Below are positions 25,277 to 25,425 of a DNA stretch of 25,425 nt, one piece after another (the first letter of the stretch is position 1; every line of letters begins with the position of its first letter). A program made the translations under genes and the position numbers. The notes under the pieces were generated by a model. The model did not search any database, had not been told where the DNA came from, and worked only from the letters and a program-made list of their open reading frames with translations. The stretch is taken from positions 1 through 25,425 of IMG/VR virus record IMGVR_UViG_3300045424_000120; one strand, 5' to 3'. Source of the DNA: a virus. Its lineage: Duplodnaviria; Caudoviricetes.

Positions 25277-25303
25277 AATTAAATTATACCATGTTTTAGT
25301 TGA

Positions 25304-25425
25304 CTAAGACTTGTTGGCAATTTTAAGAAGAATTAAATATCCAATCAAATCATCAATATCATTATCTCCTGGGAAGGCTTGGTCATTTTGAATTCTATTT
25401 AACTTATCATCAATTCTTACACGGA
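25304..25425 (-). CDS. C-terminus of a DUF1599-like nucleotide-modification-associated protein
   Basis: RIDDKLNRI...DDLIGYLILL; truncated by the window end. Confidence 0.6.
   Translation of the reverse strand, partial: RVRIDDKLNRIQNDQAFPGDNDIDDLIGYLILLKIANKS

Overview
This is a low-GC segment of a large tailed-phage genome, with every credible gene on the minus strand. WhiB, many leaderless genes and the base composition suggest a freshwater actinobacterial host (inference). Core phage genes are the terminase large subunit, a probable small subunit, a CHAP lysin, an SNase-like nuclease, an HslV-like protease, Hsp20, thioredoxin, WhiB and five tRNAs. Accessory genes include a NodU-type carbamoyltransferase, three SGNH-like proteins, four 2OG-Fe(II) oxygenases (one frameshifted), an APS-kinase/nucleotidyltransferase fusion, a luciferase-like monooxygenase, two DUF2061 proteins and three secreted Ala-rich proteins. 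About a dozen ORFs under 60 aa were missed by the ORF track. The most notable candidates are a carbamoyltransferase + SGNH + Lys-rich [F/Y]IY peptide module resembling the DltX/DltD tyrosine acyl shuttle, and a ROSE-like RNA thermometer in front of hsp20. Family calls come from motif recognition only; no searches were run.
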